64,000 bases of DNA from Fibrobacterota bacterium (GTDB taxonomy: Bacteria > Fibrobacterota > Fibrobacteria > UBA11236), in contig CANIEU010000009.1 of the NCBI GenBank assembly GCA_947466585.1, forward strand, positions 14,923-78,922, written 5' to 3'. The notes beneath the pieces are model-generated. The model was not told the origin of the DNA. It saw only the letters and a list, made by a program, of their open reading frames with translations, and did not search any database. Numbering within the stretch: position 1 is the stretch's first letter; every line of letters starts with the position of its first letter. Below are positions 1 to 10,477 of the stretch, in pieces. A program made the position numbers and the translations under genes.

Positions 1-1
1 C

Positions 2-2383
2 AGCCTCTTCTTCGCACAAGGCTACGTCACCGCCCGCGACCGCCTTTGGCAGATGGACATTCAAAGCCGGGCCGGCATGGGTCGCCTCTCTGAAATCATG
101 GGTCCTTCGTTGGTCCGTTTCGACCAAGAACGCCGACGCATGGGAATGCCCGAAGCGGCGGCTGCCTCGCTCGAACGTATGCTCGCCGACTCCTTGACCC
201 GGGTGGCTCTCGAAGCCTATACCGAAGGTGTGAATGCGTGGATAACCAACCTAAAACCTGCGACTTACCCGCTTGAGTTCAAGTTGCTCGATTACGCCCC
301 CGAGCTTTGGACACCGCTTAAAAGTGCCGTGCTCATCAAGAACCTGCAGTGGACCCTGTCCCAAAGTGTCGACGACACGCGGCTCTCCCACGTACTTGAT
401 TCCCTCGGGTCGGGATTCTTCTCGCGCTACTATCCCGCGCGGCATCCCGGTGCGGAACCGGTGTTCCCCCAAGAGGTTTATCCCGGCGTCGATTCGACGC
501 ATGTTGGGAGTCGAGAAGCAGATCGAGGCGCAGGTCGAGAGGCGGGTCGAGGGATTGCGCAGGCCAACGCGTTGTCCGAGACTCCGGGCATCCTTCCTTC
601 GGGTCCGGTGGCAGGCGCGGCCCTTCAATCTCCCTCGATCACTTCTACCGGTCTTAAAGCCTGGTCCGACTCCCTGTGGCCGCGCCCGAATCGCGCCTCA
701 GGCTCGAACAACTTCGTCCTTGCCGGAACGCGCACCCGCACGGGTTACCCGATCCTCGCGAACGACCCGCATCTCGATCTGACCTTGCCTTCGTTGTGGT
801 ACGAGACACAGCTCAAGTCGGGTCCGGTGAACGCCTACGGCGTGAGCCTTCCGGGTTTGCCCGGTATCGTGATCGGGTTCACGGAGTCGACGGCGTGGGG
901 CCTCACCAACGGCATGGACGACGTGTACGATTGGGTGGCGCCCCAGTTCCGCAACGACTCGCTCAACCAATATTTGTGGCGCGGTCGGTGGCGCACTGTA
1001 CGTCGCGTGATCGATACGATCTTGGTACGCGGTAGCGAACCCGTGGTGGATACCCAGTTGTGGACGCACCTCGGGCCGGTGCCCGTGTTGCGCGGCGAAG
1101 CGCCCTTCGGTCCGAACACGCCGCCGCTCCACGCCCTGCAATGGACGGCGCTGCATCCCTCCAATGAGCCCGCGGCCTTTTTGCGGATGATGTCCGTCAA
1201 AAGTGTTTCCGACCTGGCGCGCATGTCGCGGTTTCTGGAAACACCCACGCAGAACGTGGCCTTCGTTACGCGCCGCGATATCGCCCTGTTCCACCAGGGG
1301 CGCATTCCCGAGAAGAGGGCGGGGCAGGGGAGACTGCTGGCCCGCGGCACAAGCGCCTCGACCTACAACAGTTCTTACAGCAGTGAGTGGCGCGCCTACA
1401 TTCCGGCCTCCGAGTTGCCGTTCGCGATCAACCCCGCACGGGGCTGGCTCGGCTCCGCCAATCAGGAGGCCACAAATGAAAAGTACCCTTGGTATCTCGG
1501 TTCCGATTTTTATCCTCCCGAACGCTCGCAGCGTTTGAACCGCCTGCTCGTCAACGAACAGGACGCAACCCTCTCTTCGGCCTGGAACATTTTGCTCGAC
1601 GATTACAGTCGACTCGCCGCCCGCGCCCTTCCGTTGCTGCTCCGGCACCTACCGGCACACGATTCGACCGCAACCGATACCGCACGTGCCGCCACCAACC
1701 AGCACTCTGCCGATTTACTCAGGGCCTGGGATTATCGCTACGCCGCCGGAGCGCAGGCGCCGGTGCTGTTCGATTTGTGGTGGGCGGAATTTTATCGCAT
1801 GGTGTGGATCGACGACTTGCGCGGAGACTTCGATGCCTACGTGCGCCCGTCGCGTGCGGTGACCTTGGCCTTGCTCGCCGGCGATACGCTCGATGAGGCC
1901 TTCGACGACATCCGCACGCAAACGGTGGAATCTGCAGGGGATTTGGCGCGCACCGCCTTCGCACATGCCTTACAAAAGGCGCGCCGCGCCGGGGCCGGCA
2001 AACCCAATCCCTTCAGTTGGGGGAATGCGGAGGTGGGGGAGATCCCTGTTTGGGGACGCTACCGTCCCTTGTCGATCCCGCACGTTCTGGGCCTCGCGCC
2101 GCTCGGTGTTTCGGGTCTGTCCGCCGATGGTTGCGGCGAGTGCTTGAACGCGCAACGCGGGAGCCACGGCCCTTCTTGGCGCATGGTGGTACAAACCGGC
2201 AAACGGCCCGAGGCGTGGGGCATCTACCCCGGAGGCCAAACGGGAAACCCTGGTTCGTCGCGCTACGATGCCTTCGTCAAGGATTGGGCGGCGGGGCGCG
2301 CCTATCGTCTGCTCTTCCTCAATTGGCCGCTCGAAGTTCCCGATTCGACCGGGTACATTCTGGCGCTGAAAGGCAAACGATGA
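2..2383 (+). CDS. Penicillin acylase/amidase family protein (Ntn-hydrolase S45); 5' end lies upstream of the window
   Basis: Frame is open from nt 2 (SLFFAQGYVTARDRLWQMD precedes the first in-window ATG at 53). The GSNNFVLAGTRT nucleophile region and NDPHL motif are typical of penicillin G/cephalosporin acylases. GC3 is high. Confidence 0.8.
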   Translation, partial: SLFFAQGYVTARDRLWQMDIQSRAGMGRLSEIMGPSLVRFDQERRRMGMPEAAAASLERMLADSLTRVALEAYTEGVNAWITNLKPATYPLEFKLLDYAPELWTPLKSAVLIKNLQWTLSQSVDDTRLSHVLDSLGSGFFSRYYPARHPGAEPVFPQEVYPGVDSTHVGSREADRGAGREAGRGIAQANALSETPGILPSGPVAGAALQSPSITSTGLKAWSDSLWPRPNRASGSNNFVLAGTRTRTGYPILANDPHLDLTLPSLWYETQLKSGPVNAYGVSLPGLPGIVIGFTESTAWGLTNGMDDVYDWVAPQFRNDSLNQYLWRGRWRTVRRVIDTILVRGSEPVVDTQLWTHLGPVPVLRGEAPFGPNTPPLHALQWTALHPSNEPAAFLRMMSVKSVSDLARMSRFLETPTQNVAFVTRRDIALFHQGRIPEKRAGQGRLLARGTSASTYNSSYSSEWRAYIPASELPFAINPARGWLGSANQEATNEKYPWYLGSDFYPPERSQRLNRLLVNEQDATLSSAWNILLDDYSRLAARALPLLLRHLPAHDSTATDTARAATNQHSADLLRAWDYRYAAGAQAPVLFDLWWAEFYRMVWIDDLRGDFDAYVRPSRAVTLALLAGDTLDEAFDDIRTQTVESAGDLARTAFAHALQKARRAGAGKPNPFSWGNAEVGEIPVWGRYRPLSIPHVLGLAPLGVSGLSADGCGECLNAQRGSHGPSWRMVVQTGKRPEAWGIYPGGQTGNPGSSRYDAFVKDWAAGRAYRLLFLNWPLEVPDSTGYILALKGKR

Positions 2384-2408
2384 GCGGAATTCTGAAACGA
2401 GGTCGGCC

Positions 2409-2801
2409 GTGATTCGCGCGCCGCTGATGTTTCTCATGTGCCTGCTCGGCGGAATGGTTTTTCCGTGGTGGTGGCCCGCCGTACCCGGACTGATCGCCGG
2501 GTTCTGGAAACCGGCCCGATTGGTGCGCGGCTTTCTGGCATCCGCTCTCGGGGCCTCTCTGGCCTGGGTGGTGGTGGCGATCTGGTACGATGCCCGTAAT
2601 CAAGGTTTGCTCTCGGGGCGCATCGCACCACTGTTCCATCTTCCCGGTCCCGGAGGATTGATTTTCGCCGCAGGCGTAGTGGGCGGTGTTTCCGGAGGCC
2701 TCGGGTCACTGTTCGGCGCGTGGTTTCGGCGCTTTTGGGCCAGCCTGCATGACGCCTTGGTCGAGGTCGCGGCACCCGTTCCGGACGAAGAGGATGAGTA
2801 G
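2409..2801 (+). CDS. Small hypothetical integral membrane protein (GTG start)
   Basis: 130-aa ORF with 3-4 hydrophobic segments (WWWPAVPGLIAGF..., LAWVVVAIWY, GGLIFAAGVVGGVSGG), high GC3 and an acidic C-terminus. No recognisable family. Confidence 0.55.
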   Translation: MIRAPLMFLMCLLGGMVFPWWWPAVPGLIAGFWKPARLVRGFLASALGASLAWVVVAIWYDARNQGLLSGRIAPLFHLPGPGGLIFAAGVVGGVSGGLGSLFGAWFRRFWASLHDALVEVAAPVPDEEDE

Positions 2802-2803
2802 AG

Positions 2804-2961
2804 GGTAGTAGGTAGACGGTAGATGGTAGTCGATAAAGAAAGAAGGACAAGAACAAGAACAACCCCTTTCCGGTCCGCTGCCTAAATTCTAATCCTCGGG
2901 ATATCGTTTTTTCTGGAATCTCATCAGTCTACCTACTACCGTCTACCGTCTACCTACTATC
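2804..2961. repeat. Compound inverted-repeat element, GGTAG/CTACC type (copy A)
   Basis: Left arm ggtagtaggtagacggtagatggtag (2804-2829) and right arm ctacctactaccgtctaccgtctacctactatc (about 2929-2961) are reverse complements. The core GGTAGTAGGTAGACGGTAG matches perfectly. The spacer is ~90 nt and A-rich. Confidence 0.8.
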
Positions 2962-2970
2962 TTACCCCCC

Positions 2971-3567
2971 ATGCAAAATCTGACCGATTCCATTCAGCGT
3001 TCCCTGGACTCGTCCCGCGATGTTTTGGCCGCGTTCGTCGCCGATCGTGAAAACGCCGCCACCATACGGCGCATGGCCGAAGCCGTGGCCGCGTGCTTTC
3101 AGGCCGGCAACAAGGTGCTCTCCTGCGGAAACGGCGGCTCCGCCTGCGACGCGCTGCACTTCGCCGAAGAATTCACCGGGCGCTTCAAGGGTGACCGCAA
3201 GGCCCTGCCGGTCATTCCGCTGCTCGACGGCGCGAACCTCACCTGCATCGCCAACGACTACGGCTTCGAGCACATCTTCTCGCGCGGTGTCGAAGCTTAC
3301 GGTAAGCCGGGCGACATGCTGCTCGCCATTTCTACCAGCGGCAATTCGGTCAATGTGATTCGGGGCATTGAGGCCGCGCGCGCGGGTGGTCTCAAGGTAT
3401 TGCTCTTCACGGGCAAGGATGGCGGAAAATTGCACGGAACCTGTGACGAAGAAGTTCTCGTGAAGTCCGTCGACACCGAACGCATTCAGGAAGCGCACAT
3501 GGTCGCGCTGCACATCCTCATCGAGTCGGTGGAGCGGATTTTGTTCCCGGAGAATTACAAGGACTAA
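2971..3567 (+). CDS. gmhA: Phosphoheptose (sedoheptulose-7-phosphate) isomerase, SIS domain
   Basis: KVLSCGNGGSACDALHFAEEFTGRF...ISTSGNS..VI...A...G.KV..TGKDGGK is near-collinear with E. coli GmhA. Confidence 0.8.
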   Translation: MQNLTDSIQRSLDSSRDVLAAFVADRENAATIRRMAEAVAACFQAGNKVLSCGNGGSACDALHFAEEFTGRFKGDRKALPVIPLLDGANLTCIANDYGFEHIFSRGVEAYGKPGDMLLAISTSGNSVNVIRGIEAARAGGLKVLLFTGKDGGKLHGTCDEEVLVKSVDTERIQEAHMVALHILIESVERILFPENYKD

Positions 3568-4257
3568 TCAGCCCTGCCCGTAGCTCGCATTCGGGCCGTG
3601 CTTGCGGTTGTAATGCTCGCTCAGAATGTGCCCGGGAATCGCGCCGATACCCGGGTTGAGCGCATACGTGCGCTGGGCCATTTCGGCCACGTGTTCCAGA
3701 GCCACCGCATTCTTGAGCGCCTGTGAGGCGCTCTTTCCCCACACGAACGGCGCATGATGCGCCACCAAAACCGCAGGCATGTCGAGCGGATTGATGTGTT
3801 CGAAGCGCTCGATGATGACCTTGCCGGTGTTGCCTTCATAGTCCGCGGCGATTTCCTCGGGCGTGAGATTACGGGTGACCGGGATGGTGCCCAGAAAATG
3901 GTCGGCGTGCGTGGTGCCGAGGCAGGGGATTTCGCGCAAGGCTTGGGCGAAGGCGACCGCATAAGTGCTATGCGTATGCACGATGCCGCCCACACCGGGG
4001 AACGCGCGATAAAGCATCACGTGGGTGATGGTATCCACCGAAGACCGGAGGGAACCTTCGACTTTCTTGTTTTCGAGGTCGACCACCACCATGTCTTCGG
4101 GCTTGAGTTTGGAATAGGCCACGCCGCTCGGCTTGATCACGACCAGACCCGTGTCACGGTCGATGCCGCTGACGTTTCCCCAGGTCAAGCCGGCGAGCGC
4201 GAGGCGTTCGATGTCTTTGTTGGCTTCGAGAACTTCGATTTTCAGGGCTTCCAGCAT
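3568..4257 (-). CDS. araD: L-ribulose-5-phosphate 4-epimerase (class II aldolase/adducin family)
   Basis: Motifs GNVSGIDRDTGLVVIKPSGV, HTHSTYAVAFAQ and GTTHADHF are present. The internal ATG at 4257, preceded by aaaggaaaag, is the preferred start (the ORF track extends to 4299). Confidence 0.75.
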   Translation of the reverse strand: MLEALKIEVLEANKDIERLALAGLTWGNVSGIDRDTGLVVIKPSGVAYSKLKPEDMVVVDLENKKVEGSLRSSVDTITHVMLYRAFPGVGGIVHTHSTYAVAFAQALREIPCLGTTHADHFLGTIPVTRNLTPEEIAADYEGNTGKVIIERFEHINPLDMPAVLVAHHAPFVWGKSASQALKNAVALEHVAEMAQRTYALNPGIGAIPGHILSEHYNRKHGPNASYGQG

Positions 4258-4334
4258 GGTCTTTTCCTTTGTTTGCCTGTGTTCAGGCGAATCTGGCAAG
4301 TTCTTGTTTTAATAGGGCTTGCGCGAATTGTGTT

Positions 4335-6035
4335 CTAGTTTCCCGCCTCGGCGCGGATCTGCAATAATTCCTTCATGACGTGGAACAATTCGGTTCCGTT
4401 TGTTTTGGTTGTACCAAAGGCGTCATGGAGATCGACGTAGAGGGCGTAGAGTTTTCGGTACGTTGCATGGGCTGCCGGGTCCGGCTGGTAAACCGTGTCC
4501 CGGAGTCCGCACAAGGCGGCCTGCGCCGCCGCCGTGTCGGCGAAACCACCTGCGGAGACCCCTGCCGCCACTGCACCGAAGGCAGCCGCGCCGAGTGCGC
4601 AGGTTTGAGCGCTGCGAGCGACCTTCATGGGGCGGCCGGTGATGTCGGCGTAGGTTTGTATGAGCAAGGCGTTTTTGTCGGCGAGGCCGCCGCAGTTGAT
4701 AACTTCGCGCACCGGTACGCCGTATTCTTCGATGCGCTCGATGATGCGCAAGGCTCCGTAAGCGGTGGCTTCGATCAGTGCGCGATAGATCTCGTGGGCC
4801 TTTGTATGCAGGGTCTGACCCAGCAGCAGGCCGGTGAGTCGTTGGTCGACAAGGATGGTACGGTTCCCGTTGTTCCAGTCGAGCGCGAGCAGGCCGCTGG
4901 CTCCCGGGGCGAGTTTCGCCGCTTCGCGTTCGAGCGCGGCGAATTTTTCGCCCGGCGTGGCACCGTACGACTCGGGCACATGGTTGTGCACGTACCAGAG
5001 GAAGATGTCGCCTACGGCGCTCTGTCCGGCTTCGATGCCGAAATACCCACCGAGTACGGATCCGTTCACGATGCCGCATACGCCGGGAATGTCTTCGAGC
5101 GGTCGGTCGGCGGGTGAGACCATGATATCGCAGGTGCTGGTGCCGAGGATTTTGACGAGGCTGCCTTCGCCGACTCCCGCACCCACGGCCCCCATATGTG
5201 CGTCGAAAGCGCCCACGGCTACGGCGGTGCCGGCACGCAATCCGGTTTTATGGGCCCACTCTTCCGAAAGCCCGCCGGCACGCACGTCGGAGGCGTGCGC
5301 CATATCATAGAGGCGGGCGCGCAAATCAGCCAGGGCCGGGTCGAGCGAGGCGAGGAAGGCGGTGTCTGGCAGTCCGCCCCAGGCGGGATTGAACATCGCT
5401 TTGTGTCCGGCGGCGCAGACGCTGCGCAGAAGTTTATCGGGCCGCGTTTCACCGGTGAGTACGGCGGGCAGAAAGTCGCACAGTTCGACCCAGGAATGAG
5501 CGGCGGCGAATACGGCAGGTGCGGTGTTTTTGCAATGCCAGATTTTGGCCCAGAACCATTCCGACGAATAGGTGCCGCCGCATTTGGCGAGGTACTGGGG
5601 CCGCTGCGCTTGCGCGGCGGCCGTGAGCGCCGCCGCTTCGGCATGCGAGGTGTGATCCTTCCAGAGCCAGCATTCTGCCGCGAGCAGGCCGCGGTATTCC
5701 GGGAGCAAGGCGAGCGGGGTGCCGTTGTGGTCGACAGGGAGAACCGTACTCCCGGTGGTGTCGACACCGATGCCGATCACTTCCGAGGGATCAAATGCCG
5801 GTTCCGCTTTGCGTGCTTCCGCAAGCACGCCGATCAGCAGCGCCTCAAGGCCGAGCAGATAATCACCGGGGTGTTGCCGTGCGATGTGCGGATCGGATGG
5901 GTCCGTCAGCACGCCGAGGTGACCGGAGGGATAGTCGAATACGGTGGTGGCGAGTTCGCGTCCGTTTGCGAGGTCGATGAGCAGGGCACGGCAGGAGTTG
6001 GTGCCGTAGTCGAGTCCGATGGCGTAACGAGACAA
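4335..6035 (-). CDS. araB: L-ribulokinase (FGGY carbohydrate kinase)
   Basis: N-terminus MSRYAIGLDYGTNSCRALLID is AraB-like, with FGGY N- and C-domains. It is adjacent to and co-oriented with araD. Confidence 0.8.
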   Translation of the reverse strand: MSRYAIGLDYGTNSCRALLIDLANGRELATTVFDYPSGHLGVLTDPSDPHIARQHPGDYLLGLEALLIGVLAEARKAEPAFDPSEVIGIGVDTTGSTVLPVDHNGTPLALLPEYRGLLAAECWLWKDHTSHAEAAALTAAAQAQRPQYLAKCGGTYSSEWFWAKIWHCKNTAPAVFAAAHSWVELCDFLPAVLTGETRPDKLLRSVCAAGHKAMFNPAWGGLPDTAFLASLDPALADLRARLYDMAHASDVRAGGLSEEWAHKTGLRAGTAVAVGAFDAHMGAVGAGVGEGSLVKILGTSTCDIMVSPADRPLEDIPGVCGIVNGSVLGGYFGIEAGQSAVGDIFLWYVHNHVPESYGATPGEKFAALEREAAKLAPGASGLLALDWNNGNRTILVDQRLTGLLLGQTLHTKAHEIYRALIEATAYGALRIIERIEEYGVPVREVINCGGLADKNALLIQTYADITGRPMKVARSAQTCALGAAAFGAVAAGVSAGGFADTAAAQAALCGLRDTVYQPDPAAHATYRKLYALYVDLHDAFGTTKTNGTELFHVMKELLQIRAEAGN

Positions 6036-6197
6036 ACAATTCCTCGCAGTTCGGTGAGAGCTGAAGAAGCGGAAAATGAAATTTTAACTGAATATAGGCC
6101 GTCGCACGCGACTCGATGCCGGATTTATGAGGGAAGATCGAAGCAAGAGTTTTCGATTCTCTCGTCCGTTCAATACGTCACAAATTAATGGGTCCAG

Positions 6198-6623
6198 TCA
6201 AAGAGCGGGCTGGGCGCGACGGCGACGATCCCAGCGGCGAGCCGCCCAAAAACCCAATAAAATTCCGGCGATGTCGACCGCCAGATCCTTGAGATCGAAC
6301 GTCCGGTTGGGCGTGAACAGCTGATGAATTTCGTCTAGCAGGCCGTAGAGCACGCCCACAGCCGGGGCGATCCATCCGCCCTTGGTCCAATGCAAAACCT
6401 CGTTGCCCAGCAACCGGGCCGTGAGGCCGGAACGAAAGGCGATCAGCACGCCGAGTCCGAAATAGGTGATGCCGTGCGCGACCTTGTCGGCGAAGGGAAA
6501 GTGCGGCAAGGGAAGATCCTGTCCGGGAATGCTGGACAAATAGAAGATGCCGCCCATGTAGAGCAGCGCGGCGAACCAGCCGAGGCGCGCGAAGATTCGG
6601 CGACCGGTATGCTTGCGGGGCAT
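6198..6623 (-). CDS. VanZ-like family membrane protein
   Basis: 141 aa, 3-4 TM helices, with the conserved LLDEIHQLF.P.R..D..D...D..G motif of VanZ-like proteins. Confidence 0.6.
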   Translation of the reverse strand: MPRKHTGRRIFARLGWFAALLYMGGIFYLSSIPGQDLPLPHFPFADKVAHGITYFGLGVLIAFRSGLTARLLGNEVLHWTKGGWIAPAVGVLYGLLDEIHQLFTPNRTFDLKDLAVDIAGILLGFWAARRWDRRRRAQPAL

Positions 6624-6646
6624 GCCGGTGCCGGGAACTTCGTGAA

Positions 6647-9256
6647 TCAGGCTTCAGGCTCCCCGTCGGTGGCATCCTGGGCTTCGTCAGCCACGGTATC
6701 CTCCGCTTCGGTTTCACCGTCGGTCTCCACGACAGGACCGGCTTCCGCCGCCTGCTGTGCGCGGGCCTGTTCGGCCGACTCAAGCTTCTCGGGATCGACG
6801 TCGTCCTTCTCGACGATGGTCACGCCGGTGACGGCGTCGCCTTCTTCGAGTCGGATCACGCGCACGCCCTGCGTGTCGCGACCGATCACGTTGATACCCC
6901 CGACTTCCTGCCGGATGATGTTACCCGTGCGGGTGATGATCAGGATTTCCTGATCTTCGCGCACCGACGCCATGCAAACGGCCGGCCCGGTCTTTTCGGT
7001 GATGCGGAAGTTGCGCACGCCCTTGCCGCCGCGGCCTGTGACGCGATATTCACCGGGTTCGGTGCGTTTGCCAGAGCCGTTTTCGGTAATGGTCAGTACG
7101 GTGATACCGTCTTCGACCACGTTCATCCCGATCACGACATCGCCTTCTTCGAGGTTGATGCCGCGTACGCCGCGGGTACCGCGTCCCATGGAACGGAACT
7201 TGCCCATGCCGAAGCGGTTGGCTTGTCCGAGGCGCGTGCCGATCATCACATCGTTAGCCGGGGAGGCCAACGCCACGCTGACGAGGCGATCGCCTTCGTT
7301 GAGTTCGATGGCGTTGATACCCGCCTGACGCGGACGTGAGTAAGCCTCCAGCGACATTTTGTTGATGACGCCGCGTTCGGTCGCGAACACGAGGAAGCGC
7401 GGATCTTCAAAGCCGCGCACCGGTACGAATGCGCTGACCTTCTCATCAGGTTGCAACTGGATCAGGTTGATCACCGCCTTGCCCTTGGCCGTGCGGGCCG
7501 CCTCGGGAATGAGGTGAACGCGCAACCAGTGGCAGCGGCCGAGGTTGGTAAACACCAACACGAAGCCGTGGGTCCAACCCACGAACAGGTGCTCGACGAA
7601 ATCTTCGTCTTTGAGGCCGGCTGCGGAGATGCCGCGTCCGCCACGACCCTGCAACTTGTAGGCGTCGGTACCGATGCGTTTGATGTAGCCGCCGTGCGAG
7701 ACGGTGATGACCATCGGTTCGTTGGGGATGAGGTCGAGCGCGTCGATGTCGTCGGCGTGATCCATGATCGCCGTGCGGCGTTCATCGCCGTGCTTTTCGA
7801 CGATGGCGATGAGTTCGCCCTCGATGATGGCCATGCGGCGGTCGCGGCTGCCGAGGATGTCTTGGAGATCGGCGATGGTTTTGAGGAGTTCCTGATACTC
7901 GTGCTCGATCTTGTCGCGCTCGAGACCGGTCAGGCGTTGCAGACGCATTTCGAGGATGGCGTCGGCCTGGCGTTCGGAGAGTTCGAACTGCTCCATCAAG
8001 CCTGCGCGCGCGGCGGAAGTGTCGTTGCTGGCGCGAATCAGCGCCACGATGGAATCGATATGGTCGAGCGCGATGCGCAGACCTTCGAGGATGTGCGCGC
8101 GGTCTTGTGCCTTGCGCAGGTCGAAGGCGGTGCGGCGTTCCACCACGTTGTGGCGGTGCTTGAGGAAGTAGAACACCAGATCGCGCAGGCCGAGGGTGCG
8201 CGGACGGCCTTCCACCAGAGCCAGATTGTTGATGCCGAAGGTTTCCTGCAATTGCGTGTGCTTGTACAGGGTGTTCAGCACCACTTCGGCAAAGGCGTCC
8301 TTTTTGAGCTCGATGATGATGCTCATGCCGTTGCGATCGCTCTCGTCGCGCAGGTCGGAGATGCCTTCGACTTCTTTGTCACGCACGAGCGCTGCCATTT
8401 TTTCGAGCAAGGTGGTCTTGTTGACCTGGTAGGGGATTTCCGATACCACGATGCGGTTGCGGCCGTTGGCCATTTCCTCGATCTCGCAACGTCCGCGCAC
8501 GACCACGCGCCCACGGCCCGTGAGATAGGCGTCGCGGATGCCGCTGCGGCCGTGGATGATGCCGCCGGTGGGGAAGTCGGGGCCGCTGACGAAAGGGAGC
8601 AAATCTTCCGCGCTGATGTCGGGGTTGTGGATCATCGCGATACAGGCGTTCACGATCTCACGCAGGTTGTGGGGGGCCATGTTGGTGGCCATACCTACCG
8701 CGATGCCCGTGCTGCCATTGACGAGCAGGTTGGGGAAGGCGGACGGAAGAACGGTCGGTTCCTTCAGGGACTCGTCGTAGTTCGGGACGAAGTCGACCGT
8801 ATCCTTGTCGAGATCCTGCAACACGAGCTCGGCGATTTTGTCCATGCGGGCTTCGGTGTAACGCATGGCCGCAGCGCGGTCGCCGTCGATGGACCCGAAG
8901 TTGCCCTGACCATCGACTAGCGGATACCGCATCGAGAAGCCTTGGGCGAGACGCACCAGCGTATCATAGATCGATGAGTCGCCGTGCGGATGGTACTTGC
9001 CCATCACCTCACCGACGATATTGGCGGACTTCTTGTAGGGCTTGTCGTTGGAAAGCGAAAGCGTGTCCATACCGAACAACACGCGCCGATGCACGGGCTT
9101 CAGTCCGTCGCGGACGTCGGGAAGGGCGCGCGACACGATCACGGACATCGAGTACCGGAGGTACGACATCTTCATCTCGTCTTCGATGAAGGCGTCGACC
9201 ACCTTTCCGCTGTTCGTGCCCCCGGCTGCGGGGATGGCGCTGATTTCGTTGCTCAT
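6647..9256 (-). CDS. gyrA: DNA gyrase subunit A
   Basis: [31 protein letters not shown] and the active-site Tyr region are present, followed by a C-terminal beta-pinwheel. There is an acidic, low-complexity C-terminal tail. Confidence 0.95.
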   Translation of the reverse strand: MSNEISAIPAAGGTNSGKVVDAFIEDEMKMSYLRYSMSVIVSRALPDVRDGLKPVHRRVLFGMDTLSLSNDKPYKKSANIVGEVMGKYHPHGDSSIYDTLVRLAQGFSMRYPLVDGQGNFGSIDGDRAAAMRYTEARMDKIAELVLQDLDKDTVDFVPNYDESLKEPTVLPSAFPNLLVNGSTGIAVGMATNMAPHNLREIVNACIAMIHNPDISAEDLLPFVSGPDFPTGGIIHGRSGIRDAYLTGRGRVVVRGRCEIEEMANGRNRIVVSEIPYQVNKTTLLEKMAALVRDKEVEGISDLRDESDRNGMSIIIELKKDAFAEVVLNTLYKHTQLQETFGINNLALVEGRPRTLGLRDLVFYFLKHRHNVVERRTAFDLRKAQDRAHILEGLRIALDHIDSIVALIRASNDTSAARAGLMEQFELSERQADAILEMRLQRLTGLERDKIEHEYQELLKTIADLQDILGSRDRRMAIIEGELIAIVEKHGDERRTAIMDHADDIDALDLIPNEPMVITVSHGGYIKRIGTDAYKLQGRGGRGISAAGLKDEDFVEHLFVGWTHGFVLVFTNLGRCHWLRVHLIPEAARTAKGKAVINLIQLQPDEKVSAFVPVRGFEDPRFLVFATERGVINKMSLEAYSRPRQAGINAIELNEGDRLVSVALASPANDVMIGTRLGQANRFGMGKFRSMGRGTRGVRGINLEEGDVVIGMNVVEDGITVLTITENGSGKRTEPGEYRVTGRGGKGVRNFRITEKTGPAVCMASVREDQEILIITRTGNIIRQEVGGINVIGRDTQGVRVIRLEEGDAVTGVTIVEKDDVDPEKLESAEQARAQQAAEAGPVVETDGETEAEDTVADEAQDATDGEPEA

Positions 9257-9333
9257 GACGGTACTCCTGGACTTTTAACGAGAGAATTCAAGAAAATGCG
9301 GATCGGATCGAACGGTTTGAAAAACGGGTGCGG

Positions 9334-10149
9334 TTACCGCGCGGCTTGAATGGTTGCTTGAGTCGCAGCGGGGCTGGGCGAGAGACTGTTCAGCCAGGCG
9401 GCGCGGAGCTGAAGGTCGGCCAGGGCGGATTCGTCCGACTGGGAGACGCGCAGCGGCGTCACCGCGATGTAGTTCTCCCGCAGCACGGCGTCGTCGGTTC
9501 CCACCTCGAACAATTCGGCCGGTTTGTGACCGAGCAGGCGGTGGGCGGAAATTCCGTGCGAGGTGGTTTCGTCAACGTAGTGGTCTCGGAACATCACGGT
9601 GCTCATCCGCGTAAAACGGGAGCCGGCCACATCTGAGGGCGCACAGGCCGGGAAGTTGATGTTCCAGAAGGTTCCGGGCTTGGGCAGCGATTCCGGGGCC
9701 CGGAGCAGGTTCAGGAGCCATTCCAAGGCATATTCGAGATGCACCGGGGTGCTTTCGGAGAGGCTGACCGCCAGTGCGGGGATGTTCCACAGCGCGGCTT
9801 CGCGGGCGGCGGCCACGGTTCCGGAGTACACGGCGCTGATGCCTGCGTTTTCGCCGAGGTTCGGGCCCGAGATTACCACATCGGGAAGCTGGTCGCGCAA
9901 CAAATGCGACACGGCAAACTTGACGCAATCGCTGGGCGTTCCGTCGACCCGGTACAGCGGCCAAGGCGTGGTCATCTCTTGCTCGTAGGTGAGGAACTTG
10001 CCGGTACCATGCGTGAAGGCGTGCGACTTGCCGCTTTGATCGTTTGCGGGGGCGGCCACCACGACATCGTGCTCGCCCGCCAGTGCGTCCGCGGAGCGGT
10101 ACAGCACGGGGCTCAGAACGCCGTCGTCGTTGGTCAGGAGAATGCGCAT
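9334..10149 (-). CDS. surE: 5'/3'-nucleotidase SurE
   Basis: MRILLTNDDG start and SGPNLG.N motif. Start placed at the internal ATG at 10149. The longer ORF to 10302 merely reads through the upstream repeat array. Confidence 0.85.
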   Translation of the reverse strand: MRILLTNDDGVLSPVLYRSADALAGEHDVVVAAPANDQSGKSHAFTHGTGKFLTYEQEMTTPWPLYRVDGTPSDCVKFAVSHLLRDQLPDVVISGPNLGENAGISAVYSGTVAAAREAALWNIPALAVSLSESTPVHLEYALEWLLNLLRAPESLPKPGTFWNINFPACAPSDVAGSRFTRMSTVMFRDHYVDETTSHGISAHRLLGHKPAELFEVGTDDAVLRENYIAVTPLRVSQSDESALADLQLRAAWLNSLSPSPAATQATIQAAR

Positions 10150-10159
10150 GAAACCTTTT

Positions 10160-10477
10160 TCAATAGGGTTTTCAATAAGGTTTTCAGGTGTGCGTTCGGA
10201 GCCGTTTTTAGAGCGGTTTTCCGAACAGTTATTCGAACAGTTTTCCGTACAGAATTCCTGCGCATTTTGAGCAGGAATTTTAGGGACTTTGAACCTTATC
10301 AAAGGTAGCTTCGGGGGCGTTTTTTCGCAACAAAAACCCGCTTTATTCCCAAGGTTTCTGAGGTGTTTTCCGGGCCAGTTTTCAAGGCGTTTTCTAGATT
10401 CCGCGCTTCGTGTTTTCCGGCCCGAATTCCGGTTCCGGTTTCACAGTTTTTCCATGGTTTTCCCAAGGTTTTTTTTC
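10160..10477. repeat. Array of degenerate ~12-bp tandem repeats (consensus ~GTTTTCCGAACA) in the divergent surE/hisS promoter region
   Basis: At least 14 GTTTTC/GTTTTT cores in ~320 bp, for example gttttccgaaca gttattcgaaca gttttccgtaca gaattcctgcgca ttttgagcagga. Locally AT-rich. Both strands stay open across it because the repeats lack stop codons. Confidence 0.8.

Noticed and set aside
698-1648. Long antisense/overlapping ORFs inside real genes (for example 698-1648-, 7451-8920+, 12371-13396-, 18072-19046+, 20363-21514+, 25950-27089-, 31223-32329-, 34481-35983-, 35929-37113-, 48440-50227-, 52910-53821-, 56044-57222-)
   Set aside because: They overlap well-supported genes on the opposite strand. 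Their products are Arg/Gly/Ala/Pro-rich with no family similarity, as is typical for spurious open frames in >60% GC DNA. The sense-strand genes show strong GC3 bias and clear homologies.
10150-10477. N-terminal extensions of surE (to 10302) and hisS (from 10289), and a possible CRISPR array
   Set aside because: The extensions only reflect stop-free translation of the GTTTTC tandem repeats (F-rich / EN-rich peptides). Canonical SurE and HisS N-termini begin at the internal ATGs. The repeats are ~12 bp with no unique spacers, so this is not CRISPR.
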